Both the position numbers and the translations under genes were made by a program. 64,000 bases of DNA from an uncultured bacterium (GTDB lineage: Bacteria > Zixibacteria > MSB-5A5 > JAABVY01 > JAHJOQ01), in NCBI GenBank assembly GCA_965369655.1, contig CBDUQR010000009.1:11480-75479 (forward strand). The letters are read 5' to 3'. Position 1 is the first letter of the stretch. Each line of letters opens with the position of its first letter. Below the pieces are notes generated by a model. The model was not told where the DNA came from, made no database searches, and worked only from the letters and a program-made list of their open reading frames with translations. This document shows positions 48,582-57,817 of the stretch, one piece after another.

Positions 48582-50816
48582 ATGCACAGATTTCATCGCT
48601 TGTCTCCAAAGCTGCTAATTACGCTGGTTGTCCTGACCACTGTTTCCTGCACCAGCAGCAGTATTCGGTTTAGCGAGGAGCCGCAGACAAGCTTTCAACT
48701 GGCCGAAGACACCATGTCAGTCGCACAGACCGCAGTGCCCGACGAAGTCGCAACTGACACCATCTACGCCGACTCATCCCTGCTGGAATACTCCTACGTT
48801 GATGAAGAGCTTCAGTATCAACTGGATCTCGCTGAAGAGAATTACATAATGGGGTATGCGGCCACACTCGACTCAAGCTGGCTGGAAGCGCAGTTCTATT
48901 TCGAGAGCGCGCTGGAGATTCTCGCTGGCCTCGATCTCGATCCGGAAGAGCCGACAGTTGCGGCAGAGTTGTACAACCGCCTTATCAACGAAGTAATTTC
49001 TGACTATAAGAGAACATTACTCCATATCGCTACTCTTCCGGGGGAGAGTTCGCCATCGGCGGTCATTGCCCGCTATGAAGAACTCGACTCGCTGGTGAAT
49101 GGTGAGCAATTTGTAGCGGAGCCGCCGGAGCCGGATACGGTTGTTTTCGATATCCCGATAACATGGAATCAGAGAGTTGAGAATTGTATCAACTATTTCC
49201 AGAATGCCAGTCGGAAGCCGATGGAAGCTGCTTTGAAACGATCAGGCAAGTACCTTCCGATGATGGAGAAGATAATTGCCGAGGAAGGACTCCCACATGA
49301 TCTCGTGTACCTGCCGCTGATCGAGAGCGGTTTCAAGACGACAGCTTACTCCTGGGCGCATGCCGTCGGGCAATGGCAGTTCATTTCGAGCACCGGCAGA
49401 ATATACGGTCTGCATCGGAGCTGGTGGTATGACGAGCGCAGGGATTTCGAGAAATCCACTCGTGCTGCTGCGCGACACCTAAAAGACCTGTATGCAAAAA
49501 CGGACGACTGGTATCTCTCCCTGCTCGGTTATGTTGCCGGCGTGGGGAATGTAAATAAGCTTATCAGGCGCAATAACACGCGTGATTACTTCGAAATGCA
49601 AATCAGAAACAGGGACATGCGAAACTATGTGCCCCTTTATTTGGCTGCGTTGATTATTGCCAAGCAACCTGAGCAATATGGATTCCATATCGAATACGAC
49701 GACCCGATTGTCTTTGACACGGTAACTGTCGGCAGGTGCCTCGCACTCGAGGATATCGCAAAGGCGGTCGGATGTTCGCAAAGTGAACTCAAGGAGTTGA
49801 ATCCCGAACTGCTCCGCAAGTATACGCCTCCCGACAAGAAAAGCTATACGCTGCGCATTCCTCTGAAGAAAAGAGGCAGCTTCTGGGCAGCGTATCCGAA
49901 GATGAAATCGCCGAAAGAGACAAGCTGGGTTCAGCACAAGGTGAGAAAGGGCGAGACAGTCTCGGGTATTGCGCGCAAGTATGGCGTCTCGCAATGGGCG
50001 GTCATTGACGCAAACGGCATGAGGAGACCCTACCGTATCAGCATAGGTCAGAAAGTCATTGTCCCGGTTCCACTCGATGGTTCGGGCACGCAGTATTCCT
50101 CCAAGCGCGAATCACGCGACTACAATCTGACAAGCGGCGCCTATGTAGTCAAACGCGGCGATACGCTGTGGGACCTCGCGAGGGCGTTCGGCACCACGAC
50201 CAAGGCGCTTCGACAACTCAATCGTATAGCTCGCAACGGCAGGATTTACGTTGGACAGAAACTGAAGATACCGGGTGGTGCGACAGGATCAACCATGGCA
50301 TCGACAGGTGGTTCTTCGACATACTCCGGCTCGACCTTCACTTACAGTGTTCGCAAGGGCGACAATCTCTGGGACCTGGCAGAGAAGCACGGAACGACTG
50401 TATCGACCCTCAGGAAACTGAACGGGCTGAATCGTTCCAGCAAGCTCGCGGTTGGGCAGAAGCTGAAGATTCCCGGCTCGGTGAAATCATCGTCGGGAAA
50501 TCAGTACACATACACGGTCAGAAAAGGCGACAATCTCTGGAAGCTGGCGAACCGTAACGGCACGACAATATCGAAACTTCGCAGGATGAACAGTCTTCCC
50601 AAAGGTGCGACGCTGAAGATCGGTCAGAAGTTGAAAATTCCCGGGTCGGGCAAAGTATCGAAGGGGTCTGATTACTATATCGTTCGACGGGGAGACACTC
50701 TTTCATCGATAGCCAAACGTCATGGCTTAAACATGAACACACTCATGGCCTGGAATAGCATTTCGCACCCGGACAGGCTTTCTGTCGGCAGGAAGCTGAG
50801 GGTGTCAACGGACTAA
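48582..50816 (+). CDS. mltD: MltD-like lytic murein transglycosylase with five clear LysM repeats
   Basis: YLPLIESGF, AVGQWQFI, DERRD; five V.KGD.L..LA...G LysM units; lipoprotein-like Cys. Confidence 0.88.
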   Translation: MHRFHRLSPKLLITLVVLTTVSCTSSSIRFSEEPQTSFQLAEDTMSVAQTAVPDEVATDTIYADSSLLEYSYVDEELQYQLDLAEENYIMGYAATLDSSWLEAQFYFESALEILAGLDLDPEEPTVAAELYNRLINEVISDYKRTLLHIATLPGESSPSAVIARYEELDSLVNGEQFVAEPPEPDTVVFDIPITWNQRVENCINYFQNASRKPMEAALKRSGKYLPMMEKIIAEEGLPHDLVYLPLIESGFKTTAYSWAHAVGQWQFISSTGRIYGLHRSWWYDERRDFEKSTRAAARHLKDLYAKTDDWYLSLLGYVAGVGNVNKLIRRNNTRDYFEMQIRNRDMRNYVPLYLAALIIAKQPEQYGFHIEYDDPIVFDTVTVGRCLALEDIAKAVGCSQSELKELNPELLRKYTPPDKKSYTLRIPLKKRGSFWAAYPKMKSPKETSWVQHKVRKGETVSGIARKYGVSQWAVIDANGMRRPYRISIGQKVIVPVPLDGSGTQYSSKRESRDYNLTSGAYVVKRGDTLWDLARAFGTTTKALRQLNRIARNGRIYVGQKLKIPGGATGSTMASTGGSSTYSGSTFTYSVRKGDNLWDLAEKHGTTVSTLRKLNGLNRSSKLAVGQKLKIPGSVKSSSGNQYTYTVRKGDNLWKLANRNGTTISKLRRMNSLPKGATLKIGQKLKIPGSGKVSKGSDYYIVRRGDTLSSIAKRHGLNMNTLMAWNSISHPDRLSVGRKLRVSTD

Positions 50817-50826
50817 GAGGTTACTC

Positions 50827-51720
50827 ATGGCGCGTAAGCGCGACGTTATTGTCGGTCTCATAATCGCTTTCTGTTTTGTGGTCTTTGTCGGGATCATGGC
50901 TGTCGGTCTCATGGAGATGTACGACGGCGGGCAGGACTTCCTGGCATTCGGCGATCGGATTGCTATCGTCGACATCTTCGGAACGATAGAGTCATCTAAA
51001 GATGCAGTCCGGCAGATCAAGAAGTATGGCGATGATGGGTCTGTTGCGGCTATTCTGATTCATCTCGATTCGCCCGGCGGGGGAGTTGCTGCGACTCAGG
51101 AAATATATGACGAGATCTATCGCGTGCGCGTGGAAGAGGAGAAACTCGTGGTTGCATCGATGACGTCGGTCGCAGCTTCGGGAGCGTATTACATCGCCTG
51201 CGCTACGGATATGATTATCGCCAACCCGGGCACGCTTGTTGGATCTATCGGGGTCATCATGCAGTACCCAGTAGTGGGCGAACTGATCAGCAAACTTGGA
51301 GTCAAGTTCGAGACCGTCAAATCGGGCGAGATCAAGGATGTCGGTTCACCTTGGAGAGAGCCTACTGAACGAGACAGGGAGATGCTACAGGCAGCCATTG
51401 ATGACGTATATGAGCAGTTCGTCGAAGCAGTGATGGATGGTCGTGATCTGACGCGTGAAGAGGTCATTGAAGTTGCGGACGGCTCGATATTTACAGGCAG
51501 GCAGGGCGTCGATCTCGGTTTGGTCGACAAGCTCGGGTCATTCGAAGAAGCTATCAGAATCACCGCTGAACTTGCAGGTATCGAGGGTGAGCCGAGGACA
51601 GTCAAGGAAAGGCCGAAAAGGCGAATGAGCATTTTCGATCTGCTGCAGGGCGGGATTGCCGATGTGCTCGAATCGAGCTTTCCAGACACTGGACCTGAGC
51701 TGATGTATCTGTACAAATAG
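50827..51720 (+). CDS. sppA: Signal peptide peptidase SppA (S49, short form)
   Basis: DSPGGG, AASGAYYIA, GSIGVI, KSGEIKD, GLVDKLG. Confidence 0.93.
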   Translation: MARKRDVIVGLIIAFCFVVFVGIMAVGLMEMYDGGQDFLAFGDRIAIVDIFGTIESSKDAVRQIKKYGDDGSVAAILIHLDSPGGGVAATQEIYDEIYRVRVEEEKLVVASMTSVAASGAYYIACATDMIIANPGTLVGSIGVIMQYPVVGELISKLGVKFETVKSGEIKDVGSPWREPTERDREMLQAAIDDVYEQFVEAVMDGRDLTREEVIEVADGSIFTGRQGVDLGLVDKLGSFEEAIRITAELAGIEGEPRTVKERPKRRMSIFDLLQGGIADVLESSFPDTGPELMYLYK

Positions 51721-51796
51721 AACGTGTATGCCGATTTGCGAGGAATGCAAATAGAGGATTCAAGATAACAGCCCATGCCATTGAAGGAGGAGGGAG

Positions 51797-52087
51797 ATGA
51801 CTAAGGCCGATCTGGTCGAACAAGTTGCCGAGAAGACAGGGCTGACTCGTACCGACGTTGCTGTGGTTGTCGATTCGTTTCTCGATACGATCAAGCGAGC
51901 GATGGAAGAAGGTCACAACATCGAGATTCGCGGTTTCGGTACGTTCAAGATCAAGCTCCGTAAGGCAAGGAAGGCGAGGAATCCACGCACCGGCGAAGTG
52001 GTCCCCGTTCCGGACAGGAAGGTGCCCGTGTTCAAGCCCTCGAATGAGTTCAAGAACATGATCACCAAGCTGCCGTTGGAGGAATAG
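51797..52087 (+). CDS. HU/IHF-family DNA-binding protein
   Basis: MTKADLV..IEIRGFGTF..ARNPRTGE..PVFKPS. Confidence 0.95.
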   Translation: MTKADLVEQVAEKTGLTRTDVAVVVDSFLDTIKRAMEEGHNIEIRGFGTFKIKLRKARKARNPRTGEVVPVPDRKVPVFKPSNEFKNMITKLPLEE

Positions 52088-52098
52088 TCAGAAATCGC

Positions 52099-52126
52099 TT
52101 GCGTTTTTCTTGGCGGAGAGTATAAT
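52099..52126 (+). promoter_or_regulatory. Possible sigma70-type promoter for the bS22-like gene
   Basis: TTGCGT-N16-TATAAT. Confidence 0.45.
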
Positions 52127-52179
52127 TACGGATCTGTGACTGGAAAAGGATAGTAGCTTTAAGCTCTTCAGGAGGATAG

Positions 52180-52275
52180 ATGCCTTCAGGCAAGAAACGT
52201 AAGAGACTGAAAATCAAGACTCACAAGAGAAAAAAGAGAAGAAAACGCGACAGGCACAAAAAGAAAATCAGATAG
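52180..52275 (+). CDS. 31-aa basic ribosomal protein, bS22/mS38 (AURKAIP1/COX24)-like; not in the ORF track
   Basis: AGGAGG RBS; MPSGKKRKRLKIKTHKRKKRRKRDRHKKKIR*; followed by a terminator. Confidence 0.88.
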   Translation: MPSGKKRKRLKIKTHKRKKRRKRDRHKKKIR

Positions 52276-52304
52276 CATTCATTATGTGAGTGCCGACTCG
52301 ATAT

Positions 52305-52334
52305 GGGCCGCCGTAAGGCGGCCTTTCTCTCTTT
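52305..52334 (+). terminator. Intrinsic terminator
   Basis: GGCCGCC-GTAA-GGCGGCC followed by TTTCTCTCTTT. Confidence 0.85.
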
Positions 52335-52346
52335 GTCTCAGAAGAT

Positions 52347-52580
52347 TCACGCAGAGTACTTGCTCACGATGTAGTCCTTCTTGCCATCATCCATCACCGG
52401 CAGGTGACGGAATCGGTTCTCGACCATCGTGGCAATCATCACGCCTGCATCATCATCAGGTAATGCGACGATAGGATCTGTCGTCATCAGGCTCCTCACC
52501 TGAGTCTCAGTCAGCGAGCACTCGAGGTCGGAGCAGAACCGCAGAACCTCCGCTTCATTTTCGGTTCATGTAATCACCCG
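52347..52580 (-). pseudogene. CBS-domain gene remnant
   Basis: Minus frame reads VIT*TENEAEVLRF...VRSLMTTDPIVALPDDDAGVMIATMVENRFRHLPVMDDGKKDYIVS; in-frame stop at 52566-52568; no first CBS repeat. Confidence 0.65.
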
Positions 52581-52862
52581 TCGATCTGTTGATCTCGAGT
52601 TTCTCTGACCACAAAGTGGACTTTTTCTATCAATATCAACAAATAGCAATCAATAAAGATTCCAGATTCTATTATTCGGGGGAAAAATTGTCCGACGCTG
52701 GGAAGGTATTTCGTGCATTCTGAAACAGTCCTGAACTCTCTCCATGCACCCAGTTCCATAAGCTGATGATATGTCTGTGGTTACGTATATGTTTCAGGAA
52801 GAAACAATCCGGCACGAGTTTTGTGAAACATCTAAGCAAAACAGTAGATGCCGGAGGAAGGA

Positions 52863-53126
52863 ATGAAATTAAGAATTACAATCGTAGTGAGCCTGATCGC
52901 CTTCATGATAATCATCGTGCCGGCGAACGGGGCCATATTCAAGTGGCTGGGAATTGAGACCTCCGCTCACGGGATGTGCATCGACGATGCTATTTCGACT
53001 CATAGTCCTGAGATATTCAGCAGCAGTCTGGTTGATGTTGGGCCGATGACGGGGATGGATGACATGGATTGTCCTGTCCATCCCCGCGTCAACATCACAC
53101 CGTCGCTCGATATGGAGTTACAGTGA
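52863..53126 (+). CDS. Small exported hypothetical protein
   Basis: GGAGGAAGG RBS; signal-peptide-like MKLRITIVVSLIAFMIIIVPANG. Confidence 0.5.
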   Translation: MKLRITIVVSLIAFMIIIVPANGAIFKWLGIETSAHGMCIDDAISTHSPEIFSSSLVDVGPMTGMDDMDCPVHPRVNITPSLDMELQ

Positions 53127-53338
53127 TGGATACCGTTTTGGGCGAATCAGACAGCATGCTGCTGCATGATATACTGATAGTGCGGGATCATGAGGTCGAG
53201 GGAATACTCGGTGAACTCGTCAGCGAGAACGCCTGCGTCAGCTTTGGCGCTCCGATGGTCGATCTCGCGTGTGATGAGATGGAGTGGCAAAGAGAATATA
53301 TCTGTATAGACAGTGCCTTCAGGATTATGCGATCCTGA
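53126..53338 (+). CDS. Small acidic hypothetical protein (or frameshifted continuation of the previous ORF)
   Basis: ATG overlaps the previous TGA; GGAG upstream. Confidence 0.35.
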   Translation: MDTVLGESDSMLLHDILIVRDHEVEGILGELVSENACVSFGAPMVDLACDEMEWQREYICIDSAFRIMRS

Positions 53339-53494
53339 TTGCGAGGACCGTAGCCTCACAGGCGGCAACCGCCGGTGAGTGACGTATCATACCGCCGAGT
53401 GATTCTCACCCAGGGCCGGAGATATTCTTCGGCCCTAATGTATTTTGCCCTATCGAACATTTGACAACTCGCCGCTGTTGCTTTAATTGTAGTA

Positions 53495-55912
53495 ATGAGA
53501 ATACTTCTCATAAATGTCATACTGCTTACCTTGCTCAGCGCGCAGTCGCTCGGTATCATACTGGAGGGTCGACAGGATTCTATTCCAGCCGTGATGTCTG
53601 CGTTTCTCGATGCGAACCAGATTGGCATGCATGTGTCGAATAACGGTTCGCTCGCTCGCGATGAATCTCGTCAGTATGGCTACTTCAATGGCCTTTACTA
53701 TCCGCTCGATTCGGCTATCACGCTTTTCTATTCCGCCGGTCTGTGGATGACAGCCCAGGTCGATGGCGCTCAGAGAGTCGCCATCGCCGAGTACGCTACC
53801 GAATTCGCACCCGGTCCATACACTCATTATCCTGTCGATGATAGCTCTCTCTTCAAGGTCTACAGGATCAGCAATCAGGATGGTGCGGATACGACCGAGG
53901 ACTGGCTGAACTGGCCTGTCTCATTGGGCGCTCCCGTCGATCCAGACGGCGATCCGTTCGTGAAAGGCGAGCAGAGCGCATGGACTGTATTCAACGACGG
54001 CGATACATCGAGACACACGAGACGCGGCGGCAGCACTCAACCCCTCGGCGCTGAAGTGCAACTCTATGCGTATTCTCTGGCGGATGCCGGCTGGCTCGAT
54101 CATGTCGTCTTTCTCGAATATGTCATCATAAACAGGTCTCCGTCCCGGTGGAGAGACTTTATTGTCGGTATCTGGGCCGATCCGGATGTGGGGATGTATG
54201 CCGATGATTTCGGTGGTTCCGATTCCATTCTGTCGCTGGCTTACTGTTACACTCTCGAGAATGACGCGGAGCTTCCGAGCGGTTTTGAACCTGCTGTCGG
54301 CGTGATGCTGCTCGAATCGCCATCGTCTGCGACTGGTGGTCACCCTTCCGGTGCCGCAAATGTGCTTGTGAACAACTACCGCAGTTCGAGTCCGGAAATG
54401 ACGCTCGATATCCTCGGAGGGCGAGATTTGTCCGGTGATGATTACGTAAATCCTGTCACCGGTGCGATTACCAGGTACAGGTTCACAGGCGATCCGAGGT
54501 CAGGTAATGGCTGGCTTGACTCGGAGGGAAAAGGTGACAGAAGAATATCGATCGCATCTTCGCCTGTCGATGTCGCTCCCGGAGATACTCTAAGGATGAC
54601 CGCGGCGTTCATTGCCGCATCGGGAGAGTCGCTGTTCGAAGCTGTGGATTCTCTGTTCCAGATTGCGCAGACTCTCTATGACTATCACAACTACGGGCTC
54701 TCAGGATCGGCATTCAGCGACAGGGGTATGGACGGCGTCATTCATTCCGTCTCATTCGATCCCCCCGAGCAGCTCTGGTTCGATGGATACGACTGGGGCG
54801 GATCGGCGTTCTCCGGCGGAGTCGGATGGGCTGGCGAACTGTGGGGAACATCGCTCGAACGTGGTGACAATATCGACATTGAAATCGTATTCTCACCCGA
54901 CTCAGGACAGATCGCCGCCAGCTTCGCAGAGTCGAACGGAGTGTACGGATTCAATGAGTTCCGTACCATTCCTTTGACATGCAGGCGATTGAGCGACGGC
55001 GCGCAACTTAACGCAATCTTCCTCGATTCTGATCGTGATGGTTGCTGGAGCGCCTGCGGCGATCCCAACGGCAAGGCTGATATGCTTCTGATCCTGCAAT
55101 CGAGATACGGTCATCGGCCTCTGTCGTCATACATCAGAAGGGTGTTTCCCCGCGATGCTCTCCAGACCGACTTTATGTATGCAGTCTCGCTCACTCTTCG
55201 AGAGCGATATAAGCATCGAAATATCCGCGATGGCCAGCGGCTTGTAATCGCTGTGGTGCCTGTTGAAAAAACTTATCCGCCGTTGTGTCAGGTCTTGATC
55301 CCGTGTGAACGGGATTGTGACCTGACACGCAAGTACACATCAGAAAAGGGCGGCAGGTCGCACAAATCCGCTGGCACGGATTCGCAAGACCTGCCACAAC
55401 AATGCGTCGCTGTCACAGGCGATTCGCTCGGCGGTCGTTCCGACACGTTGAGTGTGGGCGATGTAGTTGTCGGCCAGGAGATCGATCTCCCGTTGTTTCT
55501 TACGAGTCGGTATCGTTATCCCAAGAATGTGCGACTGAATGTCGATCCGCCGGGTCTGTTCAGGTTTTCAGAAAGAGAATTGACGCTCGCGGATACCGCG
55601 ATCCTGAGAGTCGAGTTTGAGCCTCTGGACACAGTTGAATACAGCGTCACAATCACCGCTCTGGCGACTGAAATGAACATGCCGATTGCCGAGGTTGTCC
55701 TGACCGGCAAAGGGACCGCGTGGCCTCTCGAAGGTGATCTCCACCCGGATGGCGCGCTCGACATCAAGGATCTGGTCATGTTTGTTGCCTATCTTTTCGG
55801 TGGAGTAGAGCTGCCGAGAGAGAAAGTTCCCCTCGATATCGATCTATCGGGCGAGGTCAATATCGACGATCTGATACTGCTTGCGAACCGCATTTTCCGC
55901 CCCGCAGGCTGA
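53495..55912 (+). CDS. Secreted protein with Ig-like and C-terminal dockerin-like domains, carrying an in-frame palindromic insertion
   Basis: Signal peptide; WLNWPVSLGAP, GIWADPDVG; GDLHPDGALDIKDLVMFVAYLFGG..DIDLSGEVNIDDL. Confidence 0.8.
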   Translation: MRILLINVILLTLLSAQSLGIILEGRQDSIPAVMSAFLDANQIGMHVSNNGSLARDESRQYGYFNGLYYPLDSAITLFYSAGLWMTAQVDGAQRVAIAEYATEFAPGPYTHYPVDDSSLFKVYRISNQDGADTTEDWLNWPVSLGAPVDPDGDPFVKGEQSAWTVFNDGDTSRHTRRGGSTQPLGAEVQLYAYSLADAGWLDHVVFLEYVIINRSPSRWRDFIVGIWADPDVGMYADDFGGSDSILSLAYCYTLENDAELPSGFEPAVGVMLLESPSSATGGHPSGAANVLVNNYRSSSPEMTLDILGGRDLSGDDYVNPVTGAITRYRFTGDPRSGNGWLDSEGKGDRRISIASSPVDVAPGDTLRMTAAFIAASGESLFEAVDSLFQIAQTLYDYHNYGLSGSAFSDRGMDGVIHSVSFDPPEQLWFDGYDWGGSAFSGGVGWAGELWGTSLERGDNIDIEIVFSPDSGQIAASFAESNGVYGFNEFRTIPLTCRRLSDGAQLNAIFLDSDRDGCWSACGDPNGKADMLLILQSRYGHRPLSSYIRRVFPRDALQTDFMYAVSLTLRERYKHRNIRDGQRLVIAVVPVEKTYPPLCQVLIPCERDCDLTRKYTSEKGGRSHKSAGTDSQDLPQQCVAVTGDSLGGRSDTLSVGDVVVGQEIDLPLFLTSRYRYPKNVRLNVDPPGLFRFSERELTLADTAILRVEFEPLDTVEYSVTITALATEMNMPIAEVVLTGKGTAWPLEGDLHPDGALDIKDLVMFVAYLFGGVELPREKVPLDIDLSGEVNIDDLILLANRIFRPAG
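55255..55413. mobile_element. 159-bp in-frame palindromic insertion (family D doublet) with 7-bp direct repeat
   Basis: TCGCTGT at 55248-55254 and 55407-55413; TGTTGAAAAA at 55261; two inverted hairpins at 55282-55328 and 55352-55400, both starting GTTGTGKCAGGTCTTG. Confidence 0.7.
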
Positions 55913-55989
55913 TTTTCTGCCGAAGTATCTCCGGCACCCCCTTGACTGGTATACCTCTTGCGTGTTATACTGGTACAGGTTTCTTGGCT

Positions 55990-56859
55990 ATGATTAGACA
56001 TGTATTGATCTTCATGCTGCTGTTGAGCTTGGCGGCGGGCGCCAGTTCGGCAAGAATTCTCAGTCCGGCTGAGTATGTTAATAATCTGCATACGACTGCA
56101 TATGTCTGGGTTGCTCCACAGGCAGAATCAAGTAATCAACTGAAAATCGAAACAGCGATTTCAAATCGATCGGATCGTAACAAGTATGCCGCGCTGATCG
56201 GCGTTCATGCCGCAGCCGCCTACCCGTTGTATAAAGAGCTTACCAGTATGTGGGGAGTACCGAGCGGGAAATTCCACATAAAGGCGGAGACAGCCGACTA
56301 TATGCTTTTCAACGACGAAGTCTCGCACCTGTTTATAAGCTACAAACTGAGCCAGGGATTCGAGTCGGTCTATCGCAGGGTCGGATTCTCAGACAACAGG
56401 GCGAGAGCGCTCGGAGTCATCGAGGCTGCCGTGATAATGACGGCTGTCGAATATCCGCTCGACGCGTACAATCCGAGCCAGGGATTCGGCGCTACGGATC
56501 TGATCGCCGATTATGCCGGGATTGCGCTTGCATACTGGAAATCGACAGATTCTCGATTATCGAACTTCGATCTCAAAGTCAGCATGAAAGCGATATCGGG
56601 CGGCGGTCGCGTGGGTCTCGCTTATGACAACGAGGATTATGACAACTACGTCTACTGGATGACCTACAGGTATCGGTTCGCAATTGCCGGATTTGGCTAC
56701 AGCACACGTCGGGATTCACCGATCGATCCTGAATCGCAGGGATTCATCGGGGTAGGAACCACCATTCCGGACCTTGTCGGAGTCGTCTCCGACAGGGCCG
56801 CATCGTTTCTACGACCGCTCGAACTCTATTTTATCAATTTCCACATCAGTGCTTTTTGA
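55990..56859 (+). CDS. YfiM/DUF2279-like exported protein
   Basis: DEVSHLFISY..EYPLDAY...GFGATDLIAD..G..DYDNYVYW pattern; signal peptide. Confidence 0.6.
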   Translation: MIRHVLIFMLLLSLAAGASSARILSPAEYVNNLHTTAYVWVAPQAESSNQLKIETAISNRSDRNKYAALIGVHAAAAYPLYKELTSMWGVPSGKFHIKAETADYMLFNDEVSHLFISYKLSQGFESVYRRVGFSDNRARALGVIEAAVIMTAVEYPLDAYNPSQGFGATDLIADYAGIALAYWKSTDSRLSNFDLKVSMKAISGGGRVGLAYDNEDYDNYVYWMTYRYRFAIAGFGYSTRRDSPIDPESQGFIGVGTTIPDLVGVVSDRAASFLRPLELYFINFHISAF

Positions 56860-56871
56860 TTAAAGAGATAT

Positions 56872-56921
56872 GTGCTCGTAGGGGCTATGCCCCGACGCTA
56901 CGCAGGAGCTGTGCTCCTGCG
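56872..56921. repeat. Family A REP pair downstream of RAYT
   Basis: GTGCT-CGTAGGGGC-TAT-GCCCCGACG and CGCAGGAGC-TGT-GCTCCTGCG. Confidence 0.85.
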
Positions 56922-56926
56922 AAGAT

Positions 56927-57409
56927 TTACTCTACGAATAGGTCAGTCTTAACTCGATAAGATGATTCACCATTCAGCCAGTTAGAGGCTGAGGAATATG
57001 GCCAATCGGTTGGGTTCTTCACATGGCCGGCTCGGACCGGATTATCGTGTATGTAGCGAAGTTTGACATTGAACACCTTTTCAGAATATATTGCGACATC
57101 ATCGAAACCGTTCTGCCAGATACTCCCACGTCCTTTGAACAGTCGTAATGCAACAGACATCTTGAAATCTCGCATGAAGTTGGACAGTGCCTTACCGCCA
57201 GTCGGTATATGAAGTAACAGGTGTAAATGGTTCTTCATTAGAACATAACCGAGAAGCTCGACTGAATGACGCTCCACGGAATAGAAAAGTATTTTCTGTA
57301 CCGCTCTCAGAGTTTCCTCATTGCAGAAGAGAGGTTGATGTTTGCGTGTACTTGTCGTGACGAAGAAGACTGAATAATTGTCGAGTTTGTATCTTCCTCT
57401 GAGTGCCAT
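56927..57409 (-). mobile_element. REP-associated tyrosine transposase (RAYT/TnpA-REP, IS200-like HUH Y1)
   Basis: FFVTTST, YVLMKNHLHLL (HUH), IWQNGFDD, YIHDNPVRAG, WPYSS; flanked on both sides by REP hairpins. Confidence 0.92.
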
Positions 57410-57432
57410 GTTCTATTCTTTTCACTTTGAAT

Positions 57433-57537
57433 CGCAGGGGCACAGCCCCTGCGAGCACAGTAAGCTACCCCACTAAAGTTGTGTTCGTCGGGGCTGTGCC
57501 CCGACGTAAAGCGCAGAGGCATAGCCTCTGCGTACAC
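57433..57537. repeat. Three family A REP hairpins upstream of RAYT
   Basis: CGCAGGGGC-ACA-GCCCCTGCG-AGCAC; GTGTT-CGTCGGGGC-TGT-GCCCCGACG; CGCAGAGGC-ATA-GCCTCTGCG-TACAC. Confidence 0.88.
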
Positions 57538-57547
57538 AAGAAACAGA

Positions 57548-57817
57548 TTATTGCTGGTTTACTGGTTCCTCGTCAGGTCGAGATCGCTTGTCAGGCGGGT
57601 TCGAGAACATCAGCCTGATCAAGCGCGGGAGCGCAAAGGCGACGATTACAAGAATGATCTTTGGGATGGGGATCTCGGATGGGTTCTCCATGATATCCGC
57701 AGCCTTGCCAAAATACTCGCCCAATTCGAGTTTGCCGTCGAACGGGTCGCCGACCAGGTCGTTGTAACTCACATAAAAGACCGTGAGTATGATGGCTGCG
57801 ATGAATACTGCTCTCAT
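57548..57817 (-). CDS. Small membrane hypothetical protein
   Basis: Two hydrophobic segments; host-like codon usage; alternative GTG start at 57826. Confidence 0.55.
   Translation of the reverse strand: MRAVFIAAIILTVFYVSYNDLVGDPFDGKLELGEYFGKAADIMENPSEIPIPKIILVIVAFALPRLIRLMFSNPPDKRSRPDEEPVNQQ

Noticed and set aside
49930-50810. Nucleotide-level repeats in mltD
   Set aside because: Explained by tandem LysM domains.
52566-52568. In-frame TGA in the CBS remnant as selenocysteine or readthrough
   Set aside because: The position is not a conserved Cys, the upstream sequence does not continue as a CBS domain, and I saw no convincing SECIS; decay is simpler.
56872-57537. Hairpin clusters as a CRISPR array
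   Set aside because: Units are inverted, irregularly spaced and lack unique ~30-40 bp spacers; no cas genes; the adjacent gene is a RAYT.
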